A stretch of 63,430 bases of DNA, counting the filler, from Octopus bimaculoides (taxonomy: Eukaryota): NCBI RefSeq assembly GCF_001194135.2. It is 6 parts of 6 records of this genome, joined end to end, with 100 filler letters (N's around TTAATTAATTAA, not from the genome) between each part and the next. Parts side by side here need not be neighbours in the genome. Positions count along the whole stretch, not along the records: positions 35,206 to 47,633 come from NC_068981.1; positions 47,734 to 59,372 come from NC_068997.1; 4 more parts are not named here. One strand, given 5' to 3'. Positions 39,150 to 52,325 of this stretch are shown one piece after another (within the stretch, counting starts at the first letter, position 1; each line of letters begins with the position of its first letter). The translations under genes and the position numbers were made by a program. The notes below the pieces were generated by a model. It was not told the origin of the DNA, searched no databases, and worked only from the letters and a program-made list of their open reading frames with translations.

Positions 39150-39780
39150 AAACCAAAGGTGACATGGTCATAGAACAGTGAGGTTGACAGGGCCATAGAA
39201 GAGAAGAGATAGATTTGAGAAGAGTGGAAAAGTAGAAGTAGCAAAGAACCATAGCAGATATCTAAAAGGGAAGCTAGGGAACAAGTTTATTTAGTAAAAG
39301 CAGAAGCAGAAAACAAAGTTTGTCAATGTCTTCCAACATAAGAATCAGTGATGAGGGGTATTTTGGATTGCTAGACAGTGTATCAGAAAGAATCAAGATG
39401 TTGTGAGTGAGAAGTATGTATGGATGGGTGATGGTATGCTTGCACTTAGTGACTCTGATAAAAAAGAGACATGTAAGTCCTTCTATGAAAGGTTATTAAA
39501 TGAGGAGAATGTATGGGAAAAAGGGAATATTCTCAGTGTGAACACAACAGAGGGTCCAGCTAGCTTAGTTGACAGTAGTATGATTGATAAAGCAATTAGG
39601 GATATGAAGACAGGGAAAGCCCCTGGTCCATTGGAAATTACTGCTGTGGTGCTTAAAATATTTGGCAGAGTAGGATATGCTCTAATCATATGTATACTTA
39701 ATCAGGTTTTTCATGAAGATGTCATTCCCAATGACTAGTGTAGCAACATTATAGTCAGCTGTTACAAGTGTAAAAGAGAT
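39150..39780 (+). mobile_element. RTE LINE linker/pre-RT fragment
   Basis: FYERLLNEENVWEK...IDKAIRDMKTGKAPGP...VIPND*. Confidence 0.75.
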
Positions 39781-40819
39781 GCCTTAGATTATGTATTACT
39801 ATAGAACACCGTACAATAGAGATAAACAGTTTGAACATGCAAAAATACACTTTTTGCTTCATCATTTTCATGTCAAAATAAATATTTTCCAAGGAAAACT
39901 ATATGCCATTTGAAAGTTCTGGATGTAAACTTTCTTCTCATACAGTTTTAATTAAAATCTGACAGTTAACATATCAAGGTCTCTCAAACACTCTGGTATT
40001 TCCATACATTTACAAAGTTTTTTTTTTTTTTTTTTTCCGCTCATTCTTGTTCAGTATGCTCAAACACTATAACTCAAGTTGTGTTAAAAATCATACTGTC
40101 ATGAAGAGAAAGGTTTTCACTTTATTTTGATATAAAAATAGGTAGGTCAGATAATCATTACAAAATATATAAGTTAAATTGTCATTGTTAATGTTCACTT
40201 TGAAAAGGATATAAAAAATTTCTCACCGATTAAATATGGTCATTGCTAAATCTGGTTATGATGTGAAAAATAAATTTTCCTAATTTGTTTTCCATAAAAA
40301 TCTTATCGCCATCATTTTCAAGACTGTGATGGAAAAAATAATTGGAAAAATCCTTGTCAAAATGGAGAAAATCCAACTTATGTGGGCATCCTGATCTGAA
40401 AGTCTGCCATTTATAGCCATTTTTAATAATCTATCAAAATTTTATTGAAATGGTATCATGCTCCAAAATCTCAGGATTTATTTAATTCTATACCAATGAC
40501 AAATGTGCCAAAACTCAAGTCCCTGTGACCTGTAGTTTTGGATTTAACAAGGTCTGAAAACACTGTGAAATTGTTTGTTACTTGTATTACAGATAGTGGG
40601 TCATAGATATGATATCACAAATAGGGCTAATTCGGCAAGATTTCATTGATTTTGCTGACCATTCAAGTTGTCATATTTCTTAAAATATTCACCCAAATTT
40701 TACAAATGAGGTTTCAAAATATTTCTTTTTAGATGCTCTCCAAGAAAAAGTACAGTAGAAATTACATTCAAATATTATCAAAAATTTATAGTGATGCCTC
40801 ATTACAGAGGTATTGAATT

Positions 40820-41702
40820 GTTGGATCAAGTCATGAAAGTCATGGAGAATGTTATAGCCCAATTAATTAGAAACACAATTATAGTAGATGAGATGCAGTT
40901 TGATTTTGTATGGGTAGAAGCACTAGTCAGACAACTGCAGGAGAAGTAGTTAGCTAAGAGTAAGCCATTATACTTGGCATTTATTTATCTGGAGAAAGCA
41001 TTCTTCATGACATGATGGTCTCTGATGAAACTAGGGATAGATGAGTAAGATTGTGAAAGCCATGTACAGAGGTGCCGTCAGTAAGGTGAAAGTTAGCAAT
41101 GAGTAGAGTGATGAATTTAGTGTGCCTGTAGGTATGCACCAGGATTTGGTTCTCAGTCCCCTTCTATTCATCATTGTCCTCCAGGCTATAACAGAGGAAC
41201 TTAAAACCTATTGCCCCTGGTAACTACTGTATGCTAATGATCTTGCTCTCATAGCAGAATCTGTTAGAAAATTAGAAAGAAATTGCAAGTGTTGGAGCAA
41301 AACCTGGAATCAAAGGGTCTTAAAGTTAACTTTGCAAAGACCAAGGTTTTAGTAAGGAAGAAAACAAACAGGACACTATGCTCTTCAGGTAAATGGCCCT
41401 GCTCAATATGTAGGAAAGATTAGTTGTGGACACATGCAAGAAATGTAGTAGTATTGCTGGACGGTTAAGTAGCTTTTGAACATAGTTTTCGTGTGTGGGT
41501 GATGCGCAGGTGTCATAAAGTCTGAGGTCACATGGGAAATTGATTTTCTAAAAGACCCTGGAAGCTTCCTAGAAGTAGTAGATAGTTTCTGTTACCCAGA
41601 CAACTTAATTAGCAGTGAAGTAGGATGTTCTGAAAGTGTAGTTACTTGAGTAATGATAGGATGGAGAAAGTTCAGAGAGCATTTAACTCTGTTGGCAATG
41701 AA

Positions 41703-41786
<84 letters not shown>

Positions 41787-41810
41787 GAAAGTTAGACTGT
41801 ATTCCCCCCT
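40820..41810 (+). mobile_element. degraded RTE LINE RT fragment
   Basis: DEMQF, GMHQDLVLSPLLFIIVL, LLYANDL, KWPCSICRK and GWRKFRE...LAMKGLSL motifs, with stops. Confidence 0.7.
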
Positions 41811-43797
41811 CTCCTCAAGTATTCTCCTCTCCACATTTTATCTTTACCCTATCAATGGTACTTCTTGGCTGCTGTACCTGAGTGCAGAAGCGGTACATAT
41901 TACATCTCATCCCTTTCTGTTCATCATCATTCTTGCCCTCAATATTAATACTAATGAACTTGCTTTCTGTGTCTTCAGCTACTATACTCAATTTTAAACA
42001 CCTTTCTTATCTGCTGTCATTCTCAATGCTTTCCTACATCTACCATCATGACCCACCTATGGTCATATATGTATCCCTATATCTCTATCTCCACTGTTTT
42101 TACACCTTGCATGTACTTTCTGTTCTATTCTCCTTCCTGAGCCACTCCAATATCCACCACCTTACCCCTCTTAATACTGGTATTTCCCATCATCGGTACC
42201 AAAATTCTTGTTCATTCCTCACCACATTAACCTCTACTTGTTTTCTCCCCCCTCACACTCCTATAAAAGTATAACACACTCTCTCATCCCCTTCTATGAC
42301 CCACTATCTGTATCCTCTCTTAGGCTCACCCTCTTGTTCCTTGAGAGTTTGCTCTAGCAAGACACCTGTGCTTTTCCCTGTATCATACTTAACCTTTCAA
42401 TACCACCGTCTTCCTCTCTCAGATAGTAGTGAGTGCTTTTTCTCTGTTCTTTTCTGGCTTGCAAGTTTCTTGATATCCTCACTACTGCTGGTAGAAAGAG
42501 GAATTCACCCAGTATATTTTGTAAAGTCGTTGGCATTACGAAGAGTATCTAGCCATGGAAGCCATGTCAAAGATGACGTTGCAGCTCAACATAGTCCTAC
42601 AGCTCGCCATTTCCCTTTGAAACTGTTCACTTCATGCCTGTATGGAAAGTGGATGCTAAATCTCTCTCTCTCTCTCTCTCTCTCTCAAACACACACAAAT
42701 TGATTGAAGAATATATGTTATGCATGTATGGTATGGGCAGATGTATTTGTATGTATATATATATATATATATATCTGTGAATATATATGGATGTAAACAT
42801 GTGAATATTGATGTATGTTTGTGTTTGTGTAGGATGGTAATAGCTAATTTGTTTGTGTTTGATGAATGTGAAAAGTTATTTCTAAATGACTGTTTTGAGT
42901 AGATTATCTGATTTTATAAGCTTAGAGCATTATTTCACTTTTAAGAGACTGACTTCATGTCCTTTTTATTTTATTTGTATGTCTTGTTGCATCATTGGTA
43001 TCTAAACAGGTCAGTGGACCAAACATCTAAGTTTAAAAGCTTGGCTAGAATTCACATTTCATAAAAATAAGTTACAGTTTCTTTGAAAAAGAAAAAGAAA
43101 AGAACTTCATTTTTAGCTCATTGATTATTATTTATGTAATTTTACTACAGAGAGAATAATGACTACCAATTCACTGTGTGTGTGTGTGTGTGTGTAAGCA
43201 CAGGCATGGTTTTGTGGCAAAAAGTTTGCTTCTAAATCACATGGCTTCAGATGCAGTCCTACTTTTTGACACCTTGAGCAAGTGTCTTCTACTCTAGCCC
43301 TGGGCTGCCCAAAGTCCTGTGAGTAGATTTGATAGACATCTATAGGCATGTATGTGGGTGTGTGTGCATGTGTAGTTGTGTGTATGTGTTACTGTATCCT
43401 TGCCCTGACGTCATATGATAGTTGTAAACAAGTGTCACTGTCATGTGAGCAGTGTCTTTCATTTCTAATCTTCTATGAAAACATGTCAAGTCATAGGATG
43501 TATTAGTTTACTTGGAAGCAAGTGAGGATTGGTGACAGGAAGGATATCTGGTTATAGAAAATCCACTGTAACAAATTCTGTCTGATCTATGCAAACATGG
43601 AAAAGTGGACATGAAAACAATGATGATGATGATAATGATACATATACTTATCTATCTATTCATCTATCTCTCTTGCATGTAGACAGAATGAAGAAAGTAC
43701 AAGTGCTAGATAGGTAGGTAGACAGATATGTAGATGAGAGTTAGGCAAGCAGAATATATGTGAAATCACCAATATTATCTAAATATTTTATATCTGC

Positions 43798-44090
43798 ATG
43801 GTGGTGATTGCTTCTTCTTTACAGAAGGAGGCTATCTCTTCAGGCACATCCCTTGCTGAGAAATGGGTGGATAAGATCATAGAGGTAGTTAGAGTATGCG
43901 ATAGAGTACTTAAGCTCAGGCTAGTCTTGCAGGATAGTATAGCTACAATCATATCTGCCTATGCCCCACAAGCGAGTGTACCAGATGAACAGAAAGACCA
44001 CTTTTATGATATTCTTCTGCAGGCTACCTCCAAGGCAAGTGACAATGATCTCATCTTTGTGGGTGAGGATTTCAATGGGCATGTCGGAGT
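43798..44090 (+). mobile_element. RTE LINE AP endonuclease fragment
   Basis: EKWVDKIIEVVRVCDRVLKLRLVL...IISAYAPQ...FVGEDFNGHVG. Confidence 0.8.
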
Positions 44091-44242
44091 GGTGGTTGTT
44101 GTGAAGACACAGCGAAGGAATAGGTAGACATCTGAAAAACATGGAATAAAATATTCTTTAAAAACAGTCTGGCTATAAGTGTTTTGAAATGTGGTGTACT
44201 ATAAAATGTGCCCCACCACCAATTCTAATTTATGTGAGACAG

Positions 44243-44835
44243 CTATTCTGAAAGTCCAGCAAAGTATATAATTAAATGTCTTTTTTTGTTAGATATCATA
44301 TTACATTCTTTCAATGGGTTTGCCTGTTGAACTGCATACTTGAAGTTCTCAGCCATGTCCTCACGATATTTCATCCAAAGCTGTAGGAAATTGCCAAGTT
44401 GACACATGTTCAGTACAATTGCAAAAAGGTTACAAAGTTTCCTTGGTGAATCTGATACTGATGCTTCAGTCAATGCATGGTCCCAATGTTCGTCATTTTC
44501 TGAAAAAAACCTTGTTGATAGCATGCTTCCCTATAGGTTTCACACACATGACCATCTACCCTCCTCAAATCTTGGAATGATTCGGGATCACGTACTTCAT
44601 GTAAAAGGAGCCATAAGAAGTAGCATTCTGTAAACTTTTGCAAGAGCATCACCCCCATGTTTCCTCTTGTGCCATTTATTGTTTTTCCAGGTGTAATGCT
44701 TGGGTAATTGTGAGTAAAGGAGTTTTTTGCATCTTCATCTACTTGATACAACTTAAAAAGGGTAGTTTCTTTTGGAGAAAATGCTTTTTGCAAGGTTGTT
44801 TGTCTTGTAAAGAAAACCCTGTGGCCATTCTCTAG
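44243..44835 (-). mobile_element. Helitron Rep/helicase inter-domain fragment
   Basis: ECYFLWLLLHEVRDPESFQDLRRVDGHVCETYREAC and ENDEHWDHALTEAS...SPRKLCNLFAIVL...LW.KY..DM motifs, frameshifted. Confidence 0.8.
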
Positions 44836-45447
44836 ATGGACACTCAGATGAATGACAGCTGGGAGCTTCTCATGAATGGGAAAATTGATGATGCACCAAA
44901 AAGCCTCATTGGTATTAATGTATCTTTCTCTGTCATACTGTGCATCATCATCATTTTTATTTATCTGCCATTCTGCATAAGAGTGTATGTTGCAGCACCT
45001 ACACTTTATTTTATATATTTGCTAACATACTTGATAGACTTAACAGAATTGCAGGATTCAACATTGACTCTGGCTACCTGTACTCATCTTTGCTTAACTG
45101 TAGAATACTGATCATCTACATCTATCCCAACTCCTCTTGTACAGTGTGAGAATATTGTTCTCGGAAACTTTTTCGAAAATTAAAATGAGGATTAAACGAA
45201 AAGATGAGTTACATGACTATCTTCACAAGAGTAATTGAAATAGATGTCAATTGTAGAATGCTCCATGTGCGTGCACATACACACACACACACACACTCAC
45301 ACACACACACAGAATATCAAACACCAGATGAAGAAATGGACATGTGAGAGAAAGAGAGAGGTGTGTTGTCATGTACACGTACATACATAAATAAATATGC
45401 ATACTTCTTTTTTGTATACATAAGCTGTGGGTATTGGGGTATGACAC

Positions 45448-45900
45448 CTATGTATATTTCCTATTTAGTACTGGGGATATTTCATTAATAATGATGTACT
45501 TTTGTATTTGTCTGAGTGTTGGGTCCTTTAGGTGCTGGGATAAAATGCGGATGTCAAGTTGACCCAGTGTGCCTCCATGTTGGTCTTTTGCATGTTGGTA
45601 GAGTATGGAGGATCGTTTTTTTGCCATCATATTGTCTATTGTTCATTTTGTCTCTTCACAAATGATCCTAAATGTCACACCTATGTATATTATGATCTTG
45701 TCTTTACAGGCATCCTCTATGCACCTTATGCTGTAGCCTCCATTTATACAGCTAATGCCAGGGTTAATCTTACATACCATACAGTTACCATTGGTGTATG
45801 TGGTAGGGGTATGTCCTATATAGTTGTGATCTGATGAGCTCGCTGGCTTTAATCTGTTTATTTTATAACCAAAATGACAAAAAAGACAATATACAGACAC
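45448..45900 (-). mobile_element. Penelope-like element GIY-YIG endonuclease remnant
   Basis: CMVC...C..GGYSIRC...C...IYIGVTFR, then SILYQHAKDQHGG...IRIL...PTLRQ...PVLNR; fits the CCHH GIY-YIG layout of PLEs; interrupted by a stop. Confidence 0.65.
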
Positions 45901-46779
45901 TTATGACATACCATGTCATATTAACAATTAAGATTTCAAATTTAATGGACATCTAGCAATTGGAGAAGGGACAAAATCTTACAGCTGTTTCAGCCTAGTG
46001 TTAGCAAGCCCCATTCTATCTCTATAGCTCCCATACGCTGGAGTAATTAGTAGATGAAAATGATGTAATGGGGGTACATGCATGATTCACTAGGCCTCTT
46101 CAGAGATTTACAAAATTCAGTTCATGAATTTTGCAAAATTTACATGCAAATATAAAATAACAATAAAAAATAAAAATATAAAAATATAAGGCATATAAAA
46201 ACATACAAAAAGTATATAAAAAACCATATANNNNNNNNNNNNNNNNNNNNNNNNNNNNNNNNNNNNNNNNNNNNNNNNNNNNNNNNNNNNNNNNNNNNNN
46301 NNNNNNNNNNNNNNNNNNNNNNNNNNNNNNNNNNNNNNNNNNNNNNNNNNNNNNNNNNNNNNNNNNNNNNNNNNNNNNNNNNNNNNNNNNNNNNNNNNNN
46401 NNNNNNNNNNNNNNNNNNNNNNNNNNNNNNNNNNNNNNNNNNNNNNNNNNNNNNNNNNNNNNNNNNNNNNNNNNNNNNNNNNNNNNNNNNNNNNNNNNNN
46501 NATAAATACTCCCATACATACATGATCCCTGGTATGAACGTTTTTTGTTGAGCTTGGAAAGCTGTTTATATGCTAAATCTGTGGGGTATGTCCGTGTCAG
46601 TTCTGTATGTGGTGGAGGAGTCTATGTAGAAATTATTTCTTGAGGAGTTGTTGATATAATAATAACAATAATAATAACAATAATATGTCAAATTTTAAAA
46701 TTGTGATGATGTACTCCGTTATTTTTTCGTATGGAGAAGATGGGGTCCTTCTAGTAGTGGGTATTTAGATGATTCTAAT

Positions 46780-47246
46780 ATATGTATTATATTAAAAACG
46801 TGTACATTACAAAAGGATATGTATATATACTATATATATATAAAAAAAAAAACCTGTAAAAGTTTCCATCTATGGCTGTTTCTGAGATGTGTCTATTAAT
46901 ATGGTGTAGTACTCATATTAGAAATAATTAGACACTCCCTTTATCAGGAAAAAATAAAAATATATAAAGGTTACAGTGACATAATATAATATATTAACAT
47001 ATAGGATTACATACATGTAAAATCGAAAGGACCTAATACATTATATCATGGAGTTTCTATTTTTTCCTGATAAAGGGAGTGTCTAATTATTTCTAATATG
47101 AGTACTACACCATATTAATAGACACATCTCAGCCATTTCTGAGATGGAAACTTTTAACATTACCTCTGTATTGTACAGGGTTTTTTTTTTATATAGTATA
47201 TATACATATCTGTTTGTAGTGTACATGTTTTTAATATAATACATAT
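46780..47246. repeat. long inverted repeat (fold-back)
   Basis: 46882-46956 is the exact reverse complement of 47058-47132 (75 bp); imperfect arms extend to 46780 and 47246; 101-bp spacer. Confidence 0.9.
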
Positions 47247-47633
47247 AAATTTTGTATTATCATATATCATATCGTATATATTTACCCACTATATGTTAAA
47301 TCATACTGAACGTTTATATATCGTAATATATTGTCTTAAATTGTTAAATATTTTTATACAACTTGGAAACTATGCATGTTATAAATATTTTAAAATAAAT
47401 ATTTTAAACATTCATAATATTTCTGAAGTTTATGTCCTTGTATATGCCTGTGTACTTTTATCTTATCTTACTATTTTAGACATTTTAGAGACTTAAAACT
47501 ATATTTATTGATACTAGAATGATTTGAACACACACATATATATTAAATCTTGTGTTGGATATGCAGTATTGTTCCTGTGGTCTTCTATCCTTATGTCTCC
47601 ATTCTAGCTATAATTTATATATACATATACATA

Positions 47634-47733
47634 NNNNNNNNNNNNNNNNNNNNNNNNNNNNNNNNNNNNNNNNNNNNTTAATTAATTAANNNNNNNNNNN
47701 NNNNNNNNNNNNNNNNNNNNNNNNNNNNNNNNN
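47634..47733. other. artificial scaffold spacer
   Basis: 44 N + TTAATTAATTAA + 44 N. Confidence 0.95.
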
Positions 47734-47765
<32 letters not shown>

Positions 47766-47843
47766 CACACACACTCATGCATATGTATATATGTGTTTGT
47801 ATATAAATATTAATGCTTGATTATATTATTTGCGTGTATAGTA

Positions 47844-47923
<80 letters not shown>

Positions 47924-49499
47924 GCGTCATTTAAGCCCGAGGCTTTGGATTCAGTTTTGCAACATTCCTGATTACAGCATAATAATATCTGTTAATGCGT
48001 TTCTAGATTATCAGCTTATTGTAATTAGACTTTCTGAAGTAAAACCGAGTTTTTTTTTCTAAAATATACAGGAAATATTTCAAACATTAGACGTGTCGAC
48101 CATCTCAAGAAACCACTTGTAACATTGCGATTAAGCTTTTCACAAAACTAATTTTCTATATAAGCTCGTTGCATTGCCAAAGTAGAGATGATATGCCCAT
48201 AATGAATATCTCTTCATTGTTTCCTTCTGTTTCTCAGTGTTGAGTTTACCTGATAATACGTTCATTTTCCTGCTGACGTTTTTTGCCTGCTGACGTTTTT
48301 TGCCTGCTTTTCGCGTATTTAATTCCAGTACTCCATAGATCTTACGTTTAATTATATCTTCGAATAAAAACTATGCAAATTTCTTTTGATATTGAAAATA
48401 TGATGATTATGTATACGATACTTCATCTTGAATAGAAGCCATAGCTCGAAGGTATTCTCTTTGAAATTTCTAGATAATAAAGCCATTTGCCAATATTGGC
48501 TGACATGTGTTTCTATGATTCTCTAGTATTTATCTATCTCTTGTTGTACGACATCATTGCATTACGTGGTCCAGATGGCACTTCCTTCTCTTTCCAGATA
48601 CCGATTCTTCACTAAGACTACAGACTTCAGCAAGTACTCTGTTTTTGTCGGCTTCGTGGAATCTCTCTGTCCAAAAAGGGGGATAAATTGGTTATCGATA
48701 TGAGGTACCAGGTGATGTACCAAACTATTAATTTATGAATCAATAACAGGCAACTCAGAAGATAACTCATCTGTTAAAATCAGCATCATCTTTAAGCATC
48801 ACTCAGGCGACCAATAATCAGTTTGATGGAGTAAAAGAAATGATTCTTGTTGAATCAGAGAGACATTACAGTTCTCATATTTTTGCTTTATAACCACTAG
48901 TCATTGGTGATTCGAAGTTTCAAAGTTTCCGGATTCCTCCTCCTTTGAGTGTAATATGGACAATTTCTTGGTGCAAGAACGTTAACCTTAGAATATCGTT
49001 CTTCAATAACACTCTCGCCAAATCAATCAAGTTGTTATTATCTATATTACATAAATTTATAAATGTATATTATATACAAATATAAACAATTCAAAGATAC
49101 CATTAAACAACCGGAGTAAGTTTCATATCACCTCCACATCCACCACAAAAAAAACAGCAACTCAACAAAACTAAAAACAAAATCCTTCAAACTTTGAAGC
49201 TAATACCAAAAAAAGTACCAAAAAAATGAAACGTTCAAAACTCGATTCAACGGAAGCAAGTAATCTAGCACTCGACAAAGATGAGGGCCTAAATAATGGC
49301 CTGGGCTCTGTTTCTCATGTTTTGCAAATCACACAGTAAAGATATAAGTGGAGACTAGAGGAATATGTTTCTATTCTATATATATATATATATATATATA
49401 TTATGGTGGTATTTTCCCTAAAAAAACGAAGCTACAATATACTCATTTAAATAATTCGGATTTAAATCAACAGATTGCGTAAACTAAAATAATAAAAGG

Positions 49500-50060
49500 T
49501 GGTGGTCGCATCAGGTGTAGACTATGCAACCAGTTTAGTGATACGGTTGACAACATCTTTTCCAGTTTCCCAATCCTTACCAAATCTGAATATGCGCACG
49601 GACACGATCAAATTGGTCCAATGAGCCATATACCAACATTTCGATATGAAAAATGGACACTGAATGGTATAAACACAAACCAAGCATAATGCATCTTGCT
49701 GCAGTCATCTGAGACTCAGGTATCCAAACTGACAATATGAAAGTAAAGCCATCCAGGTGTAATAATCAAGGACTAGAAAGAAAATACAATCGCTAATAGA
49801 TATAGCAATCACCCTGAACAAAAAAGATTGCATGAAAAGAAATGGAATAAATTACTAAAATGTATGAAACTTGAAAACAGTAACAATTAAGATGTATGGC
49901 ATGAAAGCGAAAGAGCATCAGTAATAACTGAAGCATTGGGTATTATAAAGGGTATGAGTCATACGAGTCACACCAAAGCTCGCGATCTTACGCATATTCG
50001 AAAATGTGGCTGAACTACGTGCAGTTAATATCCTACACGAAATTCTTTCAATTCTATAGA
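49500..50060 (+). mobile_element. degraded Dong/R4 LINE, CCHC knuckle and REL region
   Basis: CRLCNQ..DTVDNI...PILTKSEY..GHDQIG and later LIDIAI and ALGII motifs. Confidence 0.55.
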
Positions 50061-50690
50061 ACAACTCAAACAGCGCCTTCACGGCACCCAACGCTTATCC
50101 TACACAAAAAAACCTATAAAATAACACAAGCCACCCCCAGCATATTCTATACACGCTCACCATCTAACAAAATAATACAGCGTATTCCTACAAAACTAAT
50201 GCCTGACGCTATGAAATCAACACCTCACACGACACACTTTGTACACAGTTGTATTGTGTTATTGCTAGAAAACTCATACACCGCGTATGATATAATACTA
50301 TCGCTATGTAAAACGCATAGCACCGATCACACAACACATAGGAAACATATCCAACACCATCCGACACCGAATATATTTCATACAACAGGAGAAACATTAA
50401 ATAAGCACCAGAAGTAAGCCAAACCCGGAAGTAGAGCAAAACTGATGGAATATAGTAATACAGGTCTGTGGTTTAAACACGTAAGCCTGCTTGCAAACCA
50501 AAAGAACACGGAGATGCGCCTGGTAGTGTAGCAGAAATTAGCATGCAACTGTCAAAAGCAACGACAATATTGGGTCGATAAAGTATGTGCCATTGGTGTC
50601 GATGTAACGACTATCCGCCATCGCTACAAGAAATTCAGAACTTGTACCTGTAGTAGAAAGGTTTGTGATTAGTATGAAAATGAACGATAA

Positions 50691-50721
<31 letters not shown>

Positions 50722-51261
50722 CGATGACGATGACGACGACGACGAGGAGGAGGAGGAGGACAAATACTTAGCAGAAAGCAAGAGAATATTTGATTTATTC
50801 AATTAAAAAACAAGTAAGCAAATAAATATTTTGCCTATACATGAGGAAACAACAAAGCACAAACTAGAAGCAAACTACAGCGAAGAACAAGAAGAAAAAA
50901 CGAAACCATAACGCTATTCTAAAATACACGAAACAAACGTTGTGAGACAAAACTTCTCCATTGTGAATACTTTTAAATATATTTTGTCACGCTAAAAAAC
51001 ACGACGCTTCCACGTGTTTATTACAGTTCTAAACTGAAAGGATTGCTATAACAATGCACAACAACAACAACAAAACACACGAAATGCTTCTTCTGTCACT
51101 TATGATGCTTAACTGCTATTAAAAGTAGAAAATTCATGGCATCTAGATTGTCTTATTTTGGGTTTTTTTTCATTTGTATCGGTATGATAAACAACAGTGG
51201 TTCCCAACCCTTTGATTTAAATGAGTTTTCCCATGGACCCCTTCTTTTAATATGCTTATCC

Positions 51262-51308
<47 letters not shown>

Positions 51309-51329
51309 TGCTTGTGTATTTATGTCTGT

Positions 51330-51552
51330 GTGTCTATGTGTCTATGTTTGTTCCCCACCATCGCTTGACAAGTGATGCTGGTGTGTTTACGTCCACGTAA
51401 CTTCGCGTTTCGGTCAAAGGGACCAATAGAATAAGTACTATGCTTACCAAAAATAAGTTCTGGAGTCGATTTCGTCGACTGAAGAACCCTTTAAGGTGGT
51501 GCTCCAGCATGGTCGCAGTCAAACGACTGAAACAAGTAAAAGAATAAAAGAA
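51330..51552 (+). mobile_element. SINE family A, 3' half
   Basis: CCCCACCATCGCTTGACAA...GGTGGTGCTCCAGCATGGTCGCAGTC...GAAACAAGTAAAAGAATAAAAGAAT. Confidence 0.8.
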
Positions 51553-52046
51553 TATCTCGTTTTGAATATTTGTTATAATCAACGTAAACTTTGTATAAGT
51601 TTAGCCTTAAATCTACACGACTCAGTCGTTAGATGTTATGCCTCACTTTCGTTAAATGCTTTGCCTCATTTTCGTTCACAACGCTAAACATTTTCCTCGT
51701 TTGTCCTTATACTTCAGTACATAACTTTGCAACATTCATCACCACTTTTATTATTATCTATGACTAGATTAATACCATTTTCTCTTAAATATTTGTACTA
51801 ATTGTCTCTGACATGTCAGTGTGTTTCCATAATGTTTTTGGAAGTTTTCTTCAGTTTACATTTATGTTGTGTTATCAAGAGTGAGCTCAAAATCCCTTGA
51901 TTCTCAGGAGAACATGAAATATATAAATGCAGAAATATTTTTACTATGAAATTTTCATTTTATTAAAATATTCACTTCACATATAATCATAGCAGAAAAG
52001 TACATTTATGTAACTGATTTGTTAAAGATAAACACTGAGAGGGAGA

Positions 52047-52088
<42 letters not shown>

Positions 52089-52090
52089 TT

Positions 52091-52325
52091 CTTATTTCTT
52101 TATTGCCCACAAGGGGCTAAACATAGAGGGGACAAACAAGGACAGACAAAGGGATTAAGTTGATTACATCGACCCCAGTGCGCAACTGGTACTTAATTTA
52201 TCGACCCCGAAAGGATGAAAGGCAAAGTCGACGTCGGCGGAATTTGAACTCAGAACGTAACGGCAGACGAAATAGCGCTAAGCATTTCGCCCGGCGTGCT
52301 AACGATTCTACCAGCTCGCCGCCTT
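52091..52325 (-). mobile_element. SINE family B, full length, Tx1-derived tail
   Basis: Near-consensus copy; 16-bp TSD GAGAGAGAGAGGGATT (52075-52090) / GAGAGAGATAGGGATT (52326-52341). Confidence 0.9.

Noticed and set aside
39790-40560. Possible non-autonomous DNA transposon interior
   Set aside because: Composition is suggestive but no TIR or TSD could be identified.
41882-42703. 130-aa and 135-aa plus-strand ORFs
   Set aside because: Pyrimidine-rich decayed repeat sequence; Ser/Leu/Phe-biased with no domain signature.
44243-45900. Helitron carrying a GIY-YIG endonuclease as one element
   Set aside because: About 600 bp of unrelated low-complexity sequence separates the fragments and no shared termini are visible; independent insertions are simpler.
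48400-49030. Short open frames that looked like host exons
   Set aside because: Disrupted by stops; minus-strand fragments such as KRRKCHLDHVMQ look more like an ancient RTE C-terminus.
50004-50417. 137-aa ORF
   Set aside because: Low-complexity A/C-rich sequence overlapping the end of the R4 remnant; no motifs.
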